Shown here: positions 46,709 to 63,509 of the stretch, one piece after another
Numbering within the stretch: the stretch's first letter is position 1
Layout: the number at the start of each line of letters is the position of its first letter
Assembly: GCF_009914755.1 (NCBI RefSeq)
Contig: NC_060942.1
Origin: the human T2T-CHM13v2.0 reference genome, Homo sapiens
DNA length: 64,000 nucleotides
Reading direction: 5' to 3' (one strand)
Notes under the pieces: generated by a model
What the model was told of the DNA's origin: nothing
Seen by the model: the letters and a program-made list of their open reading frames with translations, nothing else
Database searches by the model: none
Program-made: the position numbers and the translations under genes

Positions 46709-47474
46709 ATAGTTGGATGTGTACAAGTCAAATGTACCTTTGATGAGACTCACCAGAAATACCTTCCTTGTAGAGTTTTTGTGAGGCTCAAATGAGCTAA
46801 TGTGTATGAAGTGCTCAGTTCTACACCTAGGACTTATTAAATACTCTGTGAGCTCTTACACCATTCATTCAGGTAAAGAGCCATGAGACCTTTGGTGTCA
46901 GTCCTCACTGAGTGGGTAGGTAAGGGACAGCTCTCTGGGCCTCAGTTTTCTTCTGGGCAAAATCAAAGTTTGGACATGTCCCTTTCCTTCTAGCCCCGAT
47001 GCTCTGTACATCCACAACACTTGGAGCTACAGGACATCAGGCAGGATGCTACATGTGAACTTGACCTTGAATGGGGCACCAGGGCACCACCTCTGTAAAT
47101 ATTTCAGGATCATTCTGTGCTGGGCCAGAGGCTGACATATAGTGACCTCCTTGGGCTTGTTTTACAGAAACTAACAAATCAAAAGGACAAAACTCAGTGT
47201 CTTGAAATTGATGCCTAATACCTCTCCCTTTCCCATCTGTTCACTACCATTGTTTCACTTCTCTGGTTTGTGATGTCTATAGAGAAAGTTCTTTTTTCTA
47301 CTGATTTATATCTTTTTTTCTTCAAATAGAAAATATGACTTCTACTGTCTTCTAAAAAGTATTCAGCTAAGTGAGGTTGAAGCATTGGAGTCCCTTCCCC
47401 TAAGAGAATCCTCACTGCATACCCTGAATCACCATGTTCTAATTCCTATGACTTGTCCTCACAAACCTTTGGAC

Positions 47475-48110
47475 CTAAGCAGAGCCAGGTTCATCATTAG
47501 CTGGGCCCATGGCAGGATGAAAATGTGGGGCCCTGGCCAGGGGTGGGGAATTCAGTTTCCCCTTCCCATAGGTCTGGCTCTTCACCCACTGGAAATAGGC
47601 AGTCTCCAAAGGACTGCAATTTCTGCCCTTGGACATGCTCAGTATCTGAACTGGAGTTGAATGAGAGGTCCCAGCTGAGCCATCTGCCAAATGCAGGTGG
47701 CCCTTCCAGCCACGATGAGGATGGCTGCTACCCCAGATGCTGCAGGGCACACACCTGCTTTCTGCCCTCTCTGCACCCACACTTAGGCCCTGCCAGAGGA
47801 AACACCCAGATGATGGCTGGCAGTGGTTGAGAGGAGGGGAGAGGGAAAGGGAGCAGGAGGCTGGGCAGGGCCTGAGATGCTAGGGGACTGGGGAATGTGC
47901 AGTAAGAACCAGTCCAGGAGAGGCAGAGAGGCCATGGGAAGTGGTCTTGTGCTGGACTGAGGCTCCAAGTCCCCAGCATGTGCTCCATTATTCCACTGGA
48001 CAAATTCCAAGACAAAACAATTAAGAATTTCAAGACTTGGCAACCGCAGATCATCAACTCCCAAACATGAGTCCTTTCTGAGTGCAGAGCCCTGTGGGAT
48101 GCATGGCTGA
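47475..48110. mobile_element. hAT-Tip100-type DNA transposon relic (Zaphod/MER115-like)
   Basis: AAAATGTGGGGCCC and AAGAATTTCAAGAC...TTCTGAGTGCAGAGCCCTGTG motifs. Confidence 0.4.
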
Positions 48111-48311
48111 ATGTCTTAACATACCCATTGTTCAAAACAAAGGCAGGGAGGTGCAGGCATGAGTTTTGGAGGTGGGGCAGGCTTCAGTTCAAACTCTGAT
48201 TCTCCTGCTTCCACCCTGGGTGATCTGAAGATGGGGATCAAGTGCATACCAAGATGGCTGGCCCATAATAAGGGCTCAGGAAGAGGTAGCTGTTACTGAT
48301 AGAGGGCTGGG

Positions 48312-48730
48312 TGATATAGTTTGGATATTTGTCCCTCCAAATCTCATGTAAAATATTGATCCCCAATGTTGGCGGTGGGGCCTAGTGGGAGGTGTTTAGG
48401 TCATGGTGGTAGATCCCTCATGAATGGCTTCACACCATCCTTGCAGTAATGAGTGAGTTCTTGCTCTGTTCGTTACTACGAGATCTGATGGTTAAACAGT
48501 CTGGCACCTCCTTCCCTTCTTTTCTCTTGCTACCTCTCTTTGTCATATGACCCACCTGCTCCCCGTTTGCCTTCCCACCATGAGTAACAGCTTCCTGAGG
48601 CCTCACCAGAAGCTGAGAAGATGCTGGTGCCATGCTTGTACAACCTGCAGAACTGTGAACGAAATAAATCTATTTATAAATTACCCAGCCTCAGGTATTC
48701 CCTTATGGCAGCACAAAATGGACTAACACA
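48312..48730 (+). mobile_element. MSTB-like MaLR solo LTR
   Basis: TGATATAGTTTGGATATTTGTCCC...CCTCAGGTATTCC...GGACTAACACA; TSD CT(G/A)GG. Confidence 0.88.
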
Positions 48731-50294
48731 CTAGGTTTCCAACAACTATGCTTCAGGAGCCAGATGCAGTCCTACAGGATGCGTGAATATGGTAGGAATC
48801 CAGGAAAATGAGAGAAGAGAGATTTAGACAGACACAGAGGAAAGACTACACAGAGACCAGCTTATAATGGGCTGGAAAGATCAAAGGATACCATGTTCCT
48901 GTTTAGTGAGCAGGGAAGTAAAATAGCTGTGGGTATCACTTGTCAAGAGACACTTTACTTTGGTCTCTGAAAATGAAAAAATAGACATCGCTAGGGGTTG
49001 GGGGATGGAGATAGGGAAAATGACAAGAAATAATCCATCATTTGGAGAAAATTAAGCTTATCTGTGGGTTTACATATCCATTTGAATATAGTCAAAATGC
49101 TCTGGAATCCAGTGAAAGTAATTACAATGATGGATTTTTGCACTTCGTCACACGGTGCAATTAAGGGGTAGGATCCAGCCAATATCTTAAGCCTATTAAG
49201 AGATTCATATGGAATCTGGCCATGCTTTCAATGACTTGGATGAGGTTGCATCTCATTTGTGGTGCCCTGACACAAAACATGCCTTGACCATCCAGCCCTG
49301 TTCTGGTCCATGGGCACCCTGGGCACACTAGCTCAGGCCAGATGCCAGAGGAGGAAGGTGACAGCAGAGGAGCAAGAGAAGCCTGCTCAGCCTGCTCCCC
49401 TGATACTCTGCAGCAGTTTAATACATCACTATTGTGGCCCCTGTCACCTCTGACAGCAAATATGATTTTAGCTGTCAGGCAGCTGACAGAAAACAAAACA
49501 TAATTTACGGACAAATTTGGCCTGCAGAAGCGCACACCTGGCTCTCAGAGGTGTGAGATATGGAAACACACCCACGGGCAGGATTTGGCTGGGCCAGCTA
49601 AGGAAGGGTGAAACACCCCTCCCAGGGCTCAGCAGTGCTTGCTATTGGAGGAAGGGGAAAATGGGAATGTAGTCACTATTTCTTACGTCTATAATTTCTG
49701 AAATATACTTTGAGAATTTTATTACTAATAATCCATTCTGCCATAATTATACTGTCGGCAATAAATTTCCTACTGAAATAAAAGACCTTTTTTTGTGAAT
49801 TCCAGGGGGAAAATGATAGTTCATTTTTTTCACTGTCTGCTTTGCAGATTGAGCCTTTTAAAGTGACTTGAGGAATTTTCCTGTGCCCTTGGAAAAGGAC
49901 ACAATTTAAAAGTCCCAAATTCTCATGCTGGCTGCTTGGAGTTGGAGGTGATCAAAAGGGAGTGAGACAAATATCTACAAAAGGATTGAAACTTGAAGAT
50001 GTCAAGGTTCATTTTCATCCTTGGCAATGAGCTTCCAGAACTGAACAGTGTGAGTGTGTATATGTGTGTCCTAATGGAGGCAAATTTGCATCAAAAAATA
50101 ACTAGAATGAGCCAAACACAGAGTAGGAGGTAGCAAATCCGAGCTGTCTGAAAGTGGAAAATGTTGCACCATGGATTCTCTTCAAGGATGCTCATCAGCT
50201 TCACTGGACTCTGGGCACTGACCCCAGAGCCAGGAAAGTTGGCTTCTAGTTTGATCTATTCTTGATTGTTTGTACAACTACCATTTCATACAGG

Positions 50295-50540
50295 ATGGCA
50301 ATAAAGCAGTCAGGAACTGGACCAGACAGACCTACCAGATTCAAATTCTGGGTTCATCACTTACCAGCTCTATGACTTTGGATAAATCACTTAACCTTGA
50401 TAAGCCTCAGCTTTCTCATCTGTCAAATGAAGATAGAAGTATACTCTCTGCAGAAGATGCGGAATTAAAGGAGATGAAGTATGCTGAGGTGCAAAGCACA
50501 GTAGTCGGCACAAAGTATCTGCTCAATAAATGCTACTATA
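50295..50540 (+). mobile_element. MIR SINE
   Basis: TTCAAATTCTGG...TGACTTTGGATAAATCACTTAACC...GCCTCAGCTTTCTCATCTGT. Confidence 0.8.
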
Positions 50541-50577
50541 TGTGCTATACAGTCACCCATCATTTAACAATGGGAAG

Positions 50578-51480
50578 GAGGAGCCAAGATGGCGGAATAG
50601 GAACAGCTCTGGTCTACAGCTCCCAGCGTGAGCCACGCAGAAGACGGGTGATTTCTGCATTTCCATCTGAGGTACCGGGTTCATCTAACTAGGGAGTGCC
50701 AGACAGTAGGCGCAGGTCAGTGGGTGCACACACTGTGCACGAGCCAAAGCAGGGTGAGGCATTGCCTCACTCGGGAAGTGCAAGGGGTCAGGGAGTTGCC
50801 TTTGCTAGTTAAAGAAAGGGGTGACTGACGGCACCTGGAAAATCGGGTCACTCCCACCCGAATACTGCGCTTTTCCGACGGGCTTAAAAAACGGCGCACC
50901 ACGAGATTATATCCCGCACCTGGCTCGGAGGGTCCTACGCCCACGGAGTCTGGCTGATTGCTAGCACAGCAGTCTGAGATCAAACTGCAAGGTGGCAGCG
51001 AAGCTGGGGAAGGGGCGCCCACCATGGTCCAGGCTTGCTTAGGTAAACAAAGCAGCTGGGAAGCTCGAACTGGGTGGAGCCCACCACAGCTCAAGGAGGC
51101 CTGCCTGCCTCTGTAGGCTCCACCTCTGGGGGCAGGGCACAGACAAACAAAAAGACAGCAGTAACCTCTGCAGACTTAAATATCCCTGTCTGACAGCTTT
51201 GAAGAGAGCAGTGGTTCTCCCAGTACGCAGCTGGAGATCTGAGAACAGGCAGACTGCCTCCTCAAGTGGGTCCCTGACCCCTGACCCCCAAGCAGCCTAA
51301 CTGGGAGGCACCCCCCAGCAGGAGCACACTGACACCTCACACGGCAGGGTACTCCAACAGACCTGTAGCTGAGGGTCCTGTCTGTTAGAAGGAAAACTAA
51401 CAAACAGAAAGGACATCCACACCAAAAACCCATCTGTACATCACCATCATCAAAGACCAAAAGTAGATAAAACCACAAAG
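50578..51480. promoter_or_regulatory. L1 5' UTR: sense internal promoter, YY1 site and antisense promoter
   Basis: CAAGATGGCGG at 50585-50595; CpG-rich UTR. Promoter activity is established for this element class. Confidence 0.8.
50717..51025 (-). CDS. ORF0: L1 antisense ORF0 homologue, 102 aa, open
   Basis: MVGAPSPASLPPCSLISDCCASNQPDSVGVGPSEPG... matches primate L1 ORF0. ATG context is ACCATGG. Confidence 0.6.
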   Translation of the reverse strand: MVGAPSPASLPPCSLISDCCASNQPDSVGVGPSEPGAGYNLVVRRFLSPSEKRSIRVGVTRFSRCRQSPLSLTSKGNSLTPCTSRVRQCLTLLWLVHSVCTH

Positions 51481-52497
51481 ATGGGGAAAAAACAGAACAG
51501 AAAAACTGGAAACTCTAAAAAGCAGAGCGCCTCTCCTGCTCCAAAGGAACGCAGTTCCTCACCAGCAATGGAACAAAGCTAGATGGAGAATGACTTTGAC
51601 GAGCTGAGAAAAGAAGGCTTCAGACAATCAAATTACTCTGAGCTACGGGAGGACATCCAAACCAAAGGCAAAGAAGTTAAAAACTTTGAAAAAAATTTAG
51701 AAGAATGTATAACTAGAATAACCAATACAGAGAAGTGCTTAAAGGAGCTGATGGAGCTGAAAACCAAGGCTCGAGAACTACGTGAAGAACGCAGAAGCCT
51801 CAGGAGCTGATGCGATCAACTGGAAGAAAGGGTATCAGCGATGGAAGAGGAAATGAATGAAATGAAGTGAGAAGGGAAGTTTAGAGAAAAAAGAATAAAA
51901 AGAAACAAGCAAAGCCTCCAAGAAATATGGGACTATGTGAAAAGACCAAATCTACGTCTGATTGGTGTACCTGAAAGTGATGGGGAGAATGGAACCAAGC
52001 TGGAAAACAGTCTGCAGGATATTATCCAGGAGAACTTCCCCAATCTAGCAAGGCAGGCCAACATTCAGATTCAGGAAATACAGAGAACGCCACAAAGATA
52101 CTCCTCGAGAAGAGCAACTCCAAGACACATAATTGTCAGATTCACCAAAGTTGAAATGAAGGAAAAAATGTTAAGGGCAGCCAGAGAGAAAGGTCGGGTT
52201 ACCCTCAAAGGGAAGCCCATCAGACTAACAGCAGATCTTTCGGCAGAAACCCTACAAGTCAGAAGAGAGTGGGGGCCAATATTCAACATTCTTAAAGAAA
52301 AGAATTTTCAACCAAGAATTTCATATCCAGCCAAACTAAGCTTCATAAGTGAAGGAGAAATAAAATCCTTTACAGACAAGCAAATGCTGAGAGATTTTGT
52401 CACCACCAGGCCTGCCCTAAAAGAGCTCCTGAAGGAAGCACTAAACATGGAAAGGAACAACCGGTACCAGCCGCTGCAAAATCATGCCAAAATGTGA
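51481..52497 (+). pseudogene. L1 ORF1: L1 ORF1p, in frame but with three nonsense codons
   Basis: 339 codons. Stops at codon 34 (51580-51582), 110 (51808-51810) and 130 (51868-51870). Confidence 0.92.
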
Positions 52498-52545
52498 AGA
52501 CCATCGAGACTAGGAAGAAACTGCATCAACTAATGAGCAAAATAA

Positions 52546-56388
<3,843 letters not shown>

Positions 56389-57910
56389 ACAATGAGATCA
56401 CATGGACACAGGAAGGGGAACATCACACTCTGGGGACTATTGTGGGGTGGGGGGAGGGGGGAGGGATAGCAATGGGAGATATACCTAATGCTAGATGATG
56501 AGTTAGTGGGTGCAGCGCACCAGCATGGCACATGTATACATATGTAACTAACCTGCACAATGTGCACATGTACCCTAAAACTTAAAGTATAATAAAAAAT
56601 AAAAAAATAAAAAAATAAAAAAAAACAATGGGAAGACATTCCAAGAAATGCAACATTAGGTGATTTTGTTGTTGTGCAAACATCATAGAGTGCACTTATA
56701 TACACCTAGGTGGCACAGCCTACAAAACATCCAAGTTATATCATGTAACCTATTGCTCCTAGGCTACAAACTTGTACAGAATGTTACTGAACTAAATATT
56801 GCAGACAATTGCAACACATTGGTATTTGGGTATCAAAACATAGAAAAGGTACAGTAAAAATACAGTATTATAATCTTATGGGACCACCGTCATATGTATA
56901 TGCAGTTCATCTTTGACCAAGACGCTGTTATGCAGGCCATGACTGCACATTGGTTCATCCAACAAGCAATAATTGAGCACCTCTTCTGTGCAAGCACATA
57001 CAACTACGTAAAGGTTAGACATATGGGCCCTGCTTTCAAGGAGCTCTGCAGGGGAGCAGATAATACAAGGTAAGAAGATGTAAGACCCAGGAGAGGATCA
57101 TCTGGACAAAGTGCTCTGGAATTGGCAAGATGGGGAAAGAAAATAAGTCAGGGAAATTTTGCATGTCACTTAATCTCTTTTTTCATCTCTCCATCTATAA
57201 AAAGGAAGAATGACCCTCTCTTTTCTTACCTCTTGGAGTTGGTAGGAGACCCCAAGCAAATTATAGACATAAACAAGTGTTGGAAAATGCAACCCACTCT
57301 CAAAACCAGAGTCTGACAAAGGTGATGGTGACAGTGACAAAGGTAAGAGTGAGAAGGATTCTCAGAAACTTCGTGGATTGGTAGTTTAGATAAACCATGG
57401 GCAGTTCCAGGTGCTCCAGCTTCATGGAAGATCACCTGGGGCTTGAGAACTGTGTCAGGATTTCAAATTCCCAACTCCACTGTAGTGCAGGCTCTCAACA
57501 GAAACACAGTTGACTGAGCACACCTTAGGAGAAGTTGAAATATTACATAGAAAAGTGGTACAGAGTGGAAACTTGTCTCTCCCTGAATCCTCCCCCTGCA
57601 GAAAGGGCTGCTATGAACCTCCCAAGGAGCTTAAGAACATAGATAAGAAACCCAAGTACAGTCTATGCAGCCACCAGCCTTTACAATGACTCTGGTCTAA
57701 ATCCCAAGTTTGATCATTAATAGCCACAATTTTATTTAAAAATATATCCTCCTGTTTGTGTATTGTCCAATAAAATATGTATTTTCCATGCCTATTTATA
57801 TGTGTTGTGAAGAGATAAAGAAAGAGAGGGTCTGTTGATAAATATGGTATCGACACAGATTGTTATTGCACTAGTATGTTCATTTCATCCTTGACAAACA
57901 TCTATTGAAG

Positions 57911-58184
57911 GGTGTTAGAATTGTGTCCCCCAAAATTCAGACATTCAAGTTCTAACCCATAGTACCATAGAATGTGACTGCATTTGGAGATACAGTCTTT
58001 AAGGAAGTAATTAAATGAAAATAAGGTCATTAGGATGGGCCCTAACTCAATCTTACTAGAGTCCTTGTAAGAAGAGATTTGGACACACATCTTTTAGCTT
58101 TCAGAATTGTGAGAAAACAAGTTGCTGTTGTTTAGCCACCTGGTCTGTGGTACTTCGTTATGGCAGCCCTAGCAGACCAACGCA
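57911..58184 (+). mobile_element. MLT1A0/B-like MaLR LTR, internally deleted
   Basis: GAATTGTGTCCCCCAAAATTCA...GAATGTGACTGCATTTGGAGATA...TTATGGCAGCCCTAGCA. Confidence 0.8.
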
Positions 58185-59313
58185 CAAGGCTACTATGTGC
58201 TGTGTGTATTGCTAGGCATTGGAGAGACAAGGAAGAGTAAGACCCTGTGCCCACTTCTGAGCCAAAGAACTGAATTCACAAAATAGTGAAAGAGGCAAAT
58301 GCTTACAAACACAGCAGGGCTGATGCTGGCCAGAAGCCCCAGCAGGGAGCAATGGGCAAACAGCAGGGAGCATGGCTGCACTGTATGGGGCAGCATGGAG
58401 GGCTCCTGTTGAAATGATTCAGACCCCAAATCGTGGCATGACCTGGCTCATTCCTCATTCTCAGTTTCATGTTGGCTAATCTTTAATTAATGAATCACAT
58501 CTCTTGGTGTAGAGGAATGTTATTTACCTACTGGACTTGTCCTCTTTTTGCAGTAAATTAAGCATTACATTCATGAGACTGCAAGGTCTCTTCTCGTTTT
58601 CTAATTCCATTGAGCAGCCTGGTGACAGGCAAAGCCAGCTGCCATTCCAGACAATCAATGAGCTCAGAAATGTCCGTATGGAGACAGCAACAAGGCAGAA
58701 GGAAAGATGGCAGGGAGGGAGGGAGGAACAAAAGGAGGGAAGGAAGGATAACCTTTGTTCAAATTTCTCAGAACTCTGGAGAAAAGGGCCGTGTCCACAG
58801 AATGCCCAAACATCTAAAGATAATGTGGATAAAGTCGATTGTTAGAATATTTGGTTTAAAAGCAGCTGAACAGACACCCGGAGGTTTCTGCATTCCTCCT
58901 GGACATGTAGTCTTCTTACACAGACTCACCCCGAAGAAGTGGAGTGTCTCAGGGAAGTGAACATAGATGAAGCCAGACATTGAGCCCCTTTACTCCTTGA
59001 TCAGAGGCCAGAAGACTGTGCCCCTTTTCTCCCGAAATAGCATCACATCAAGCTACTGCTGTCAGCTGAGCCCAGACCCACCCACCAACATGTACACCTG
59101 TATCAGCCACCCATACTCTGTTCCCACCAGCAGCATGGGTTTCAAGAGCACAAGGAGCCTTTCAAGAGCACAGTCCAGCTGGTGGTCTTCAGATTGTCGG
59201 TGCATGAGTAGCAGCAGCAGGTGAGTTAAACAAGCAGATTCTCAGGACCCATGCCAATGATCAGTTACCTTAAAAGACAAATACTCCAGTCTGGAGTGGG
59301 GGGCAGAGGCGAC

Positions 59314-60354
59314 TTTTTTTTTATACTTTAAGTTCTAGGGTACACGTGCACAACGTGCAGATTTGATACATAGGTATACATGTGGCATGTTGGTTTGCTG
59401 CACCCATCAACTCATCATTTACATCAGGTATTTCTCCTAATGTTATCCCTCCCCCAGCCCCCCATCACCTGACAGGCCCCAGTGTGTGATGTTCCCCGCC
59501 CTGTGTCCAAGTGATCTCATTGTTCAATTCCCACTTTTGAGTGAGAACATGCAGTGTTTGGTTTTCTGTCCTTATGATAGTTTGCTGAGAATGATGGTTT
59601 CCAGCTTCATCCATGTCCCTGCAAAGGATATTAACTCATCCTTTTTTATGGCTGCATATATTCCATGGTGTGTATGTGCCACATTTTCTTAATCCGGTCT
59701 ATCATTGATGGACATTTGGGTTGGTTCCAAGTCTTTGCTTTCGTGAATAGTGCCGCAATGAACATACGTGTGCATGTGTCTTTATAGTAGCATGATTTAT
59801 AATCCTTTGGGTATATACCCAGTAATGGGATTGCTGGGTCAAATGGTAATTCTAGTTCTAGATCCCTGAGGAATCACCATACTGTCTTCCACAATGGTTG
59901 AAGTAATTTACACTCCAACAAACAGTGTAAAAGCATTCCTATTTCTCCACAACCTCTCCAGCACCTGTTGTTTCCTGACTTTTTAATGATTGCCATTCTA
60001 ACTGGTGTGAGATGGTATCTCATTGTGGTTTTGATTTGCATTTCTCTGATGACCAGTGATGATGAGCATTTTTTCATGTGTCTGTTGGCTAAATAGATGT
60101 CTTCTTTTGAGAAGTGTCTGTTCATATCCTTTGCCCACTTTTTGATGGCGTTGTTTGTTTTTTTCTTGTAAATTTATTTAAGTTCTTTGTAGATTCGGAT
60201 ATTAGCCCTTTGTCAGATGGGTAGATGGCAAAAATTTTCTCCCATTCTGTAGGTTGCCTATTCACTCTGATGGTAGTTTCTTTTGCTGTGCAGAAGCTCT
60301 TTAGTTTAGTTAGATCCCGTTTGTCTATTTTGGCTTTTGTTGCCATTGCTTTTA
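59314..60354 (-). mobile_element. 5'-truncated L1 (L1PA6-like, ~1 kb) inserted in a MER5A-like relic
   Basis: TTATACTTTAAGTTCTAGGGTAC... 3' UTR plus the ORF2 C-terminus. Imperfect TSD CAGAGGC(G/C)AC(T/A)TTTT. Flanks (GCAGATTCTCAGG; TTTTAACAAGCTC) are MER5-like. Confidence 0.92.
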
Positions 60355-62584
60355 GGCCAGAGGCCACATTTTTTAACAAGCTCTAGGTGATGGTGATTGG
60401 CAGGACTTGGAGAAATACTCATCCAGCAGGACTCTTTGAAATACAGATAAGCAAATTAAGGCTGCAAAAGGTGTGGTGACTTACCCAAGATCACAGAGCT
60501 GCTGGTGGTGAAAGCCAGCAGAACTCTGTCATGCTGACCAAAAGTAATGCTGTCAACTCAAGACAGTCCATTCAGTGGTCCACAGGGCTGTACCTGTTTC
60601 CCCCACTGCCCAGGACCTCTCACCACTTCCCAAAGTCTTCATTACAAAATGGAACAAAATCAGAGGGAGATTAGAATTTGGGGCAAGCATTGTCTGAATG
60701 AACATTCAGAGTGCTCTAAACCCTTAAAATATCGCCATTTATTTTTTCTGTCCCCATCTCCTGTTCATCGCAGAGGATTTGCATCAGTGAACTATGTGGT
60801 ATGTGTGGTTACTGGAATGAGCAAAAGGCTGGTCTAAGACAAATAGTCAAATAGCCACATAAATTTAAAGAATTAAATTCAAATAATTTCAACATGTGTG
60901 CAAGTAATACTTTTGCTTCTAACAACTTCTTTTTATGACAAGGTAGTACCATAAGCTTTAGCTCACAAAAGACCATTTTAAACACATTCGTTTAGGGTTG
61001 AGAAAATAATCTTTTACAAGATTATCAGAGGAATCCAAGAGGAGGTGATTTCCTCCTCATGTGCTTGAACTTGAGAAGACTTTCAACGTAATGGTTGACA
61101 TATAAAAGACATTTATAATAATTACTTAGGCACTAATGACAGTTTGAACAATAAGAAGCCTTGGTTCCAAACTTCCTTGATCAGCAGTGTTTGCTGTGAC
61201 TAAGGACCCTGTAGACGGCAGGCATTGACTTTGCTTAACCTTTGCACTTGTAATAAAAATGCAATAAAGTAATTGGTTAAAATAAAGACATGTCTGATAA
61301 AGAGTATTTGCTTTTTAAGGTAACTGATTAAAATAGAGGCATATCTGATAAATGAGTTTATGGGGGCGGAAATCCATGCCTTGCTAATTAGTCAAGATTC
61401 TGTTTCCTACATGGACTTTTTTACCCCTTTGATGAGAAATGAAGCAGTGGAGCGATGGAAATGCTGTATAGTACTAACCAATAAATAATATGTGTGTTCA
61501 TCAAAGAATAATCAGTTGTTCACATGCTACAACATGTTTTAAAACGTCCTTGCTTCACAACACCAGAAGATACAGCATTCAATGGCCTATTCAATCACAA
61601 AACTGTGCTTCCCATCAGGACACCAATATACTTTGACCTTCTTTGCCATAAAGCTGAGGACACTGACAGGAAGAGCGAGACTCTCTAAATCTCCCCATTA
61701 CTCAATTCATTGTGATCCAACCTGGAGTTGAAAATCTATGAATGTCTTGATCAACCTTATTTCCCTTGAGAATTTGCTCTATGTTACTTCCCTTTTAAAG
61801 AGTTCCAATTTTAATTAAAATTTTCTTTCTTAACTATTAAATATATGAAGGATGACATTCTGTATAATTATGAGCAGACCAGAACAAATTACACATCGAA
61901 ATAGTAATAAGAATGACAAGAACAAGGGTATCATAAATAAGCAGGCATTGATTGCTCACCTCTCTGTGTCCCCCTAATAGCAGTTAACGAACCTGGAAGG
62001 CAGCCATATTGACTCTGGGCACTGTATAGAATAGAGGCCCCCAGGACCCAGGAATTCATGCTCCCTGAGCTGCTATGGGCTAGCCCCTAGTGACTAACTT
62101 TAAGGCAGGTGCTTGAGGTTACAATCTTCTGCTGGGATACACTGCTTGGTCCAACTTGGGAGGAGCTACAAGTTAAACCATCTGTAGGGACCTGCTCTTA
62201 GGACAAAAGAGCTCTTCTTTACAGAACTCAGCAAAGGGGGAGAGAAAATTCTCAAGTCATGGTGCAAGGTTGCCTGACACCCAAACCTGGGAGCATCAAA
62301 TAACAGCTGCAGACAAGATAAGCCCTCGCCTTCATGATCAATTGGTACCTCGGAAGTGTCTGTATAGATACAACCCTCTTCTGGGAAGAAGAATATCCCC
62401 CAGAAGAAACCTTTTAAATGCCCGGTACTTCTAAACCTGACTGTGTCATACCTTCTCTTTCTCTTGGGGTTAGAAATAAATGCATTTTTTTTAAAACTTG
62501 CCTATTTACTGAGGACTCTCAATTAACCAGAACCCACCTAATTAGAATTTTTCTTTAACTGGATAGTTCCCTCTTGAATAAAAG

Positions 62585-62800
62585 TGTTTAATAATTCAAA
62601 TAGCAAACATTTGCATGGTACTGACCATGCTCCAGGCACTCCACTAAGCATATTACCTCTAAGCTGCATGATTACCCGCAAATATGAGGCAGGTGCTATG
62701 ATTACCCCAATCTGGCAGATGACAAGTCTGGGGCTCAGAGAAGTCGCTGCATCTTTGCCCAAAGGAATGGAGAGTGAGCCCTGGCCTCAGAACAGGGCTT
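62585..62800 (-). mobile_element. MIR SINE
   Basis: ATAGCAAACATTTG...CAGATGACAAGTCTGGGGCTCAGAGAAGT. Confidence 0.65.
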
Positions 62801-63509
62801 CTTAAGTTCAACTCATTTTCCATTAAAAAAGATGTAACTTTGGCTCCAAGGCTGGACTTTTTAAAGCCCAAAGAAAACCTAGAGGCTTGGGAAAATTTTG
62901 AAAACATTAGGTGTTAAAGTGAACTGAATGATGAAACTTCAGTTGCCCCAGAAATTCAATTAATGTGTCTACCCCATTAATTAGCTGGTTCTCTATGGTC
63001 CCTCTACATGGGCCCCCCGGCCCTTGAGTTATCCATCTGAGGATAAAATGCCCCCCACATCTAAGGTGACTTCCAGCAGAAACACTCCTAGTCAGGCACT
63101 AGAAGATTTGGAATACAGCTAGGTGTTAACATAGAATGCCCAGACTCCCACTCCAGTTCCCAGAATTATTTGAATATCACTGATACCAAGCTGGCCTGAA
63201 AGGAAGTCTCAAAGATTTCTTTAATAGACTCTCAAATGATTAAGATTGGGTTCTGTTTTCTTCACTTCTAGCCTTAAAAGAAGAGGCCTCATCACCACGG
63301 GGCTTTTTACTATATCACCATGCCCTGAAAGAGATAATGTAACTATTTTATCACCAAGGAGAGTAACTAGAGCTGTGAAAAGGATTGGTGGAATTACCAG
63401 GTTAAAGGAAGTAAAGTCGTTCTCTACTCCTTCCCCAATGAATACTGAAACACACTAACTGTGTCCATCAATAATATGTAGAAGCAATATATAATATGAC
63501 AATATAAAT

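Noticed and set aside
56444-56465. G-quadruplex motif
   Set aside because: It is a standard feature of the L1 3' UTR and is not locus-specific.
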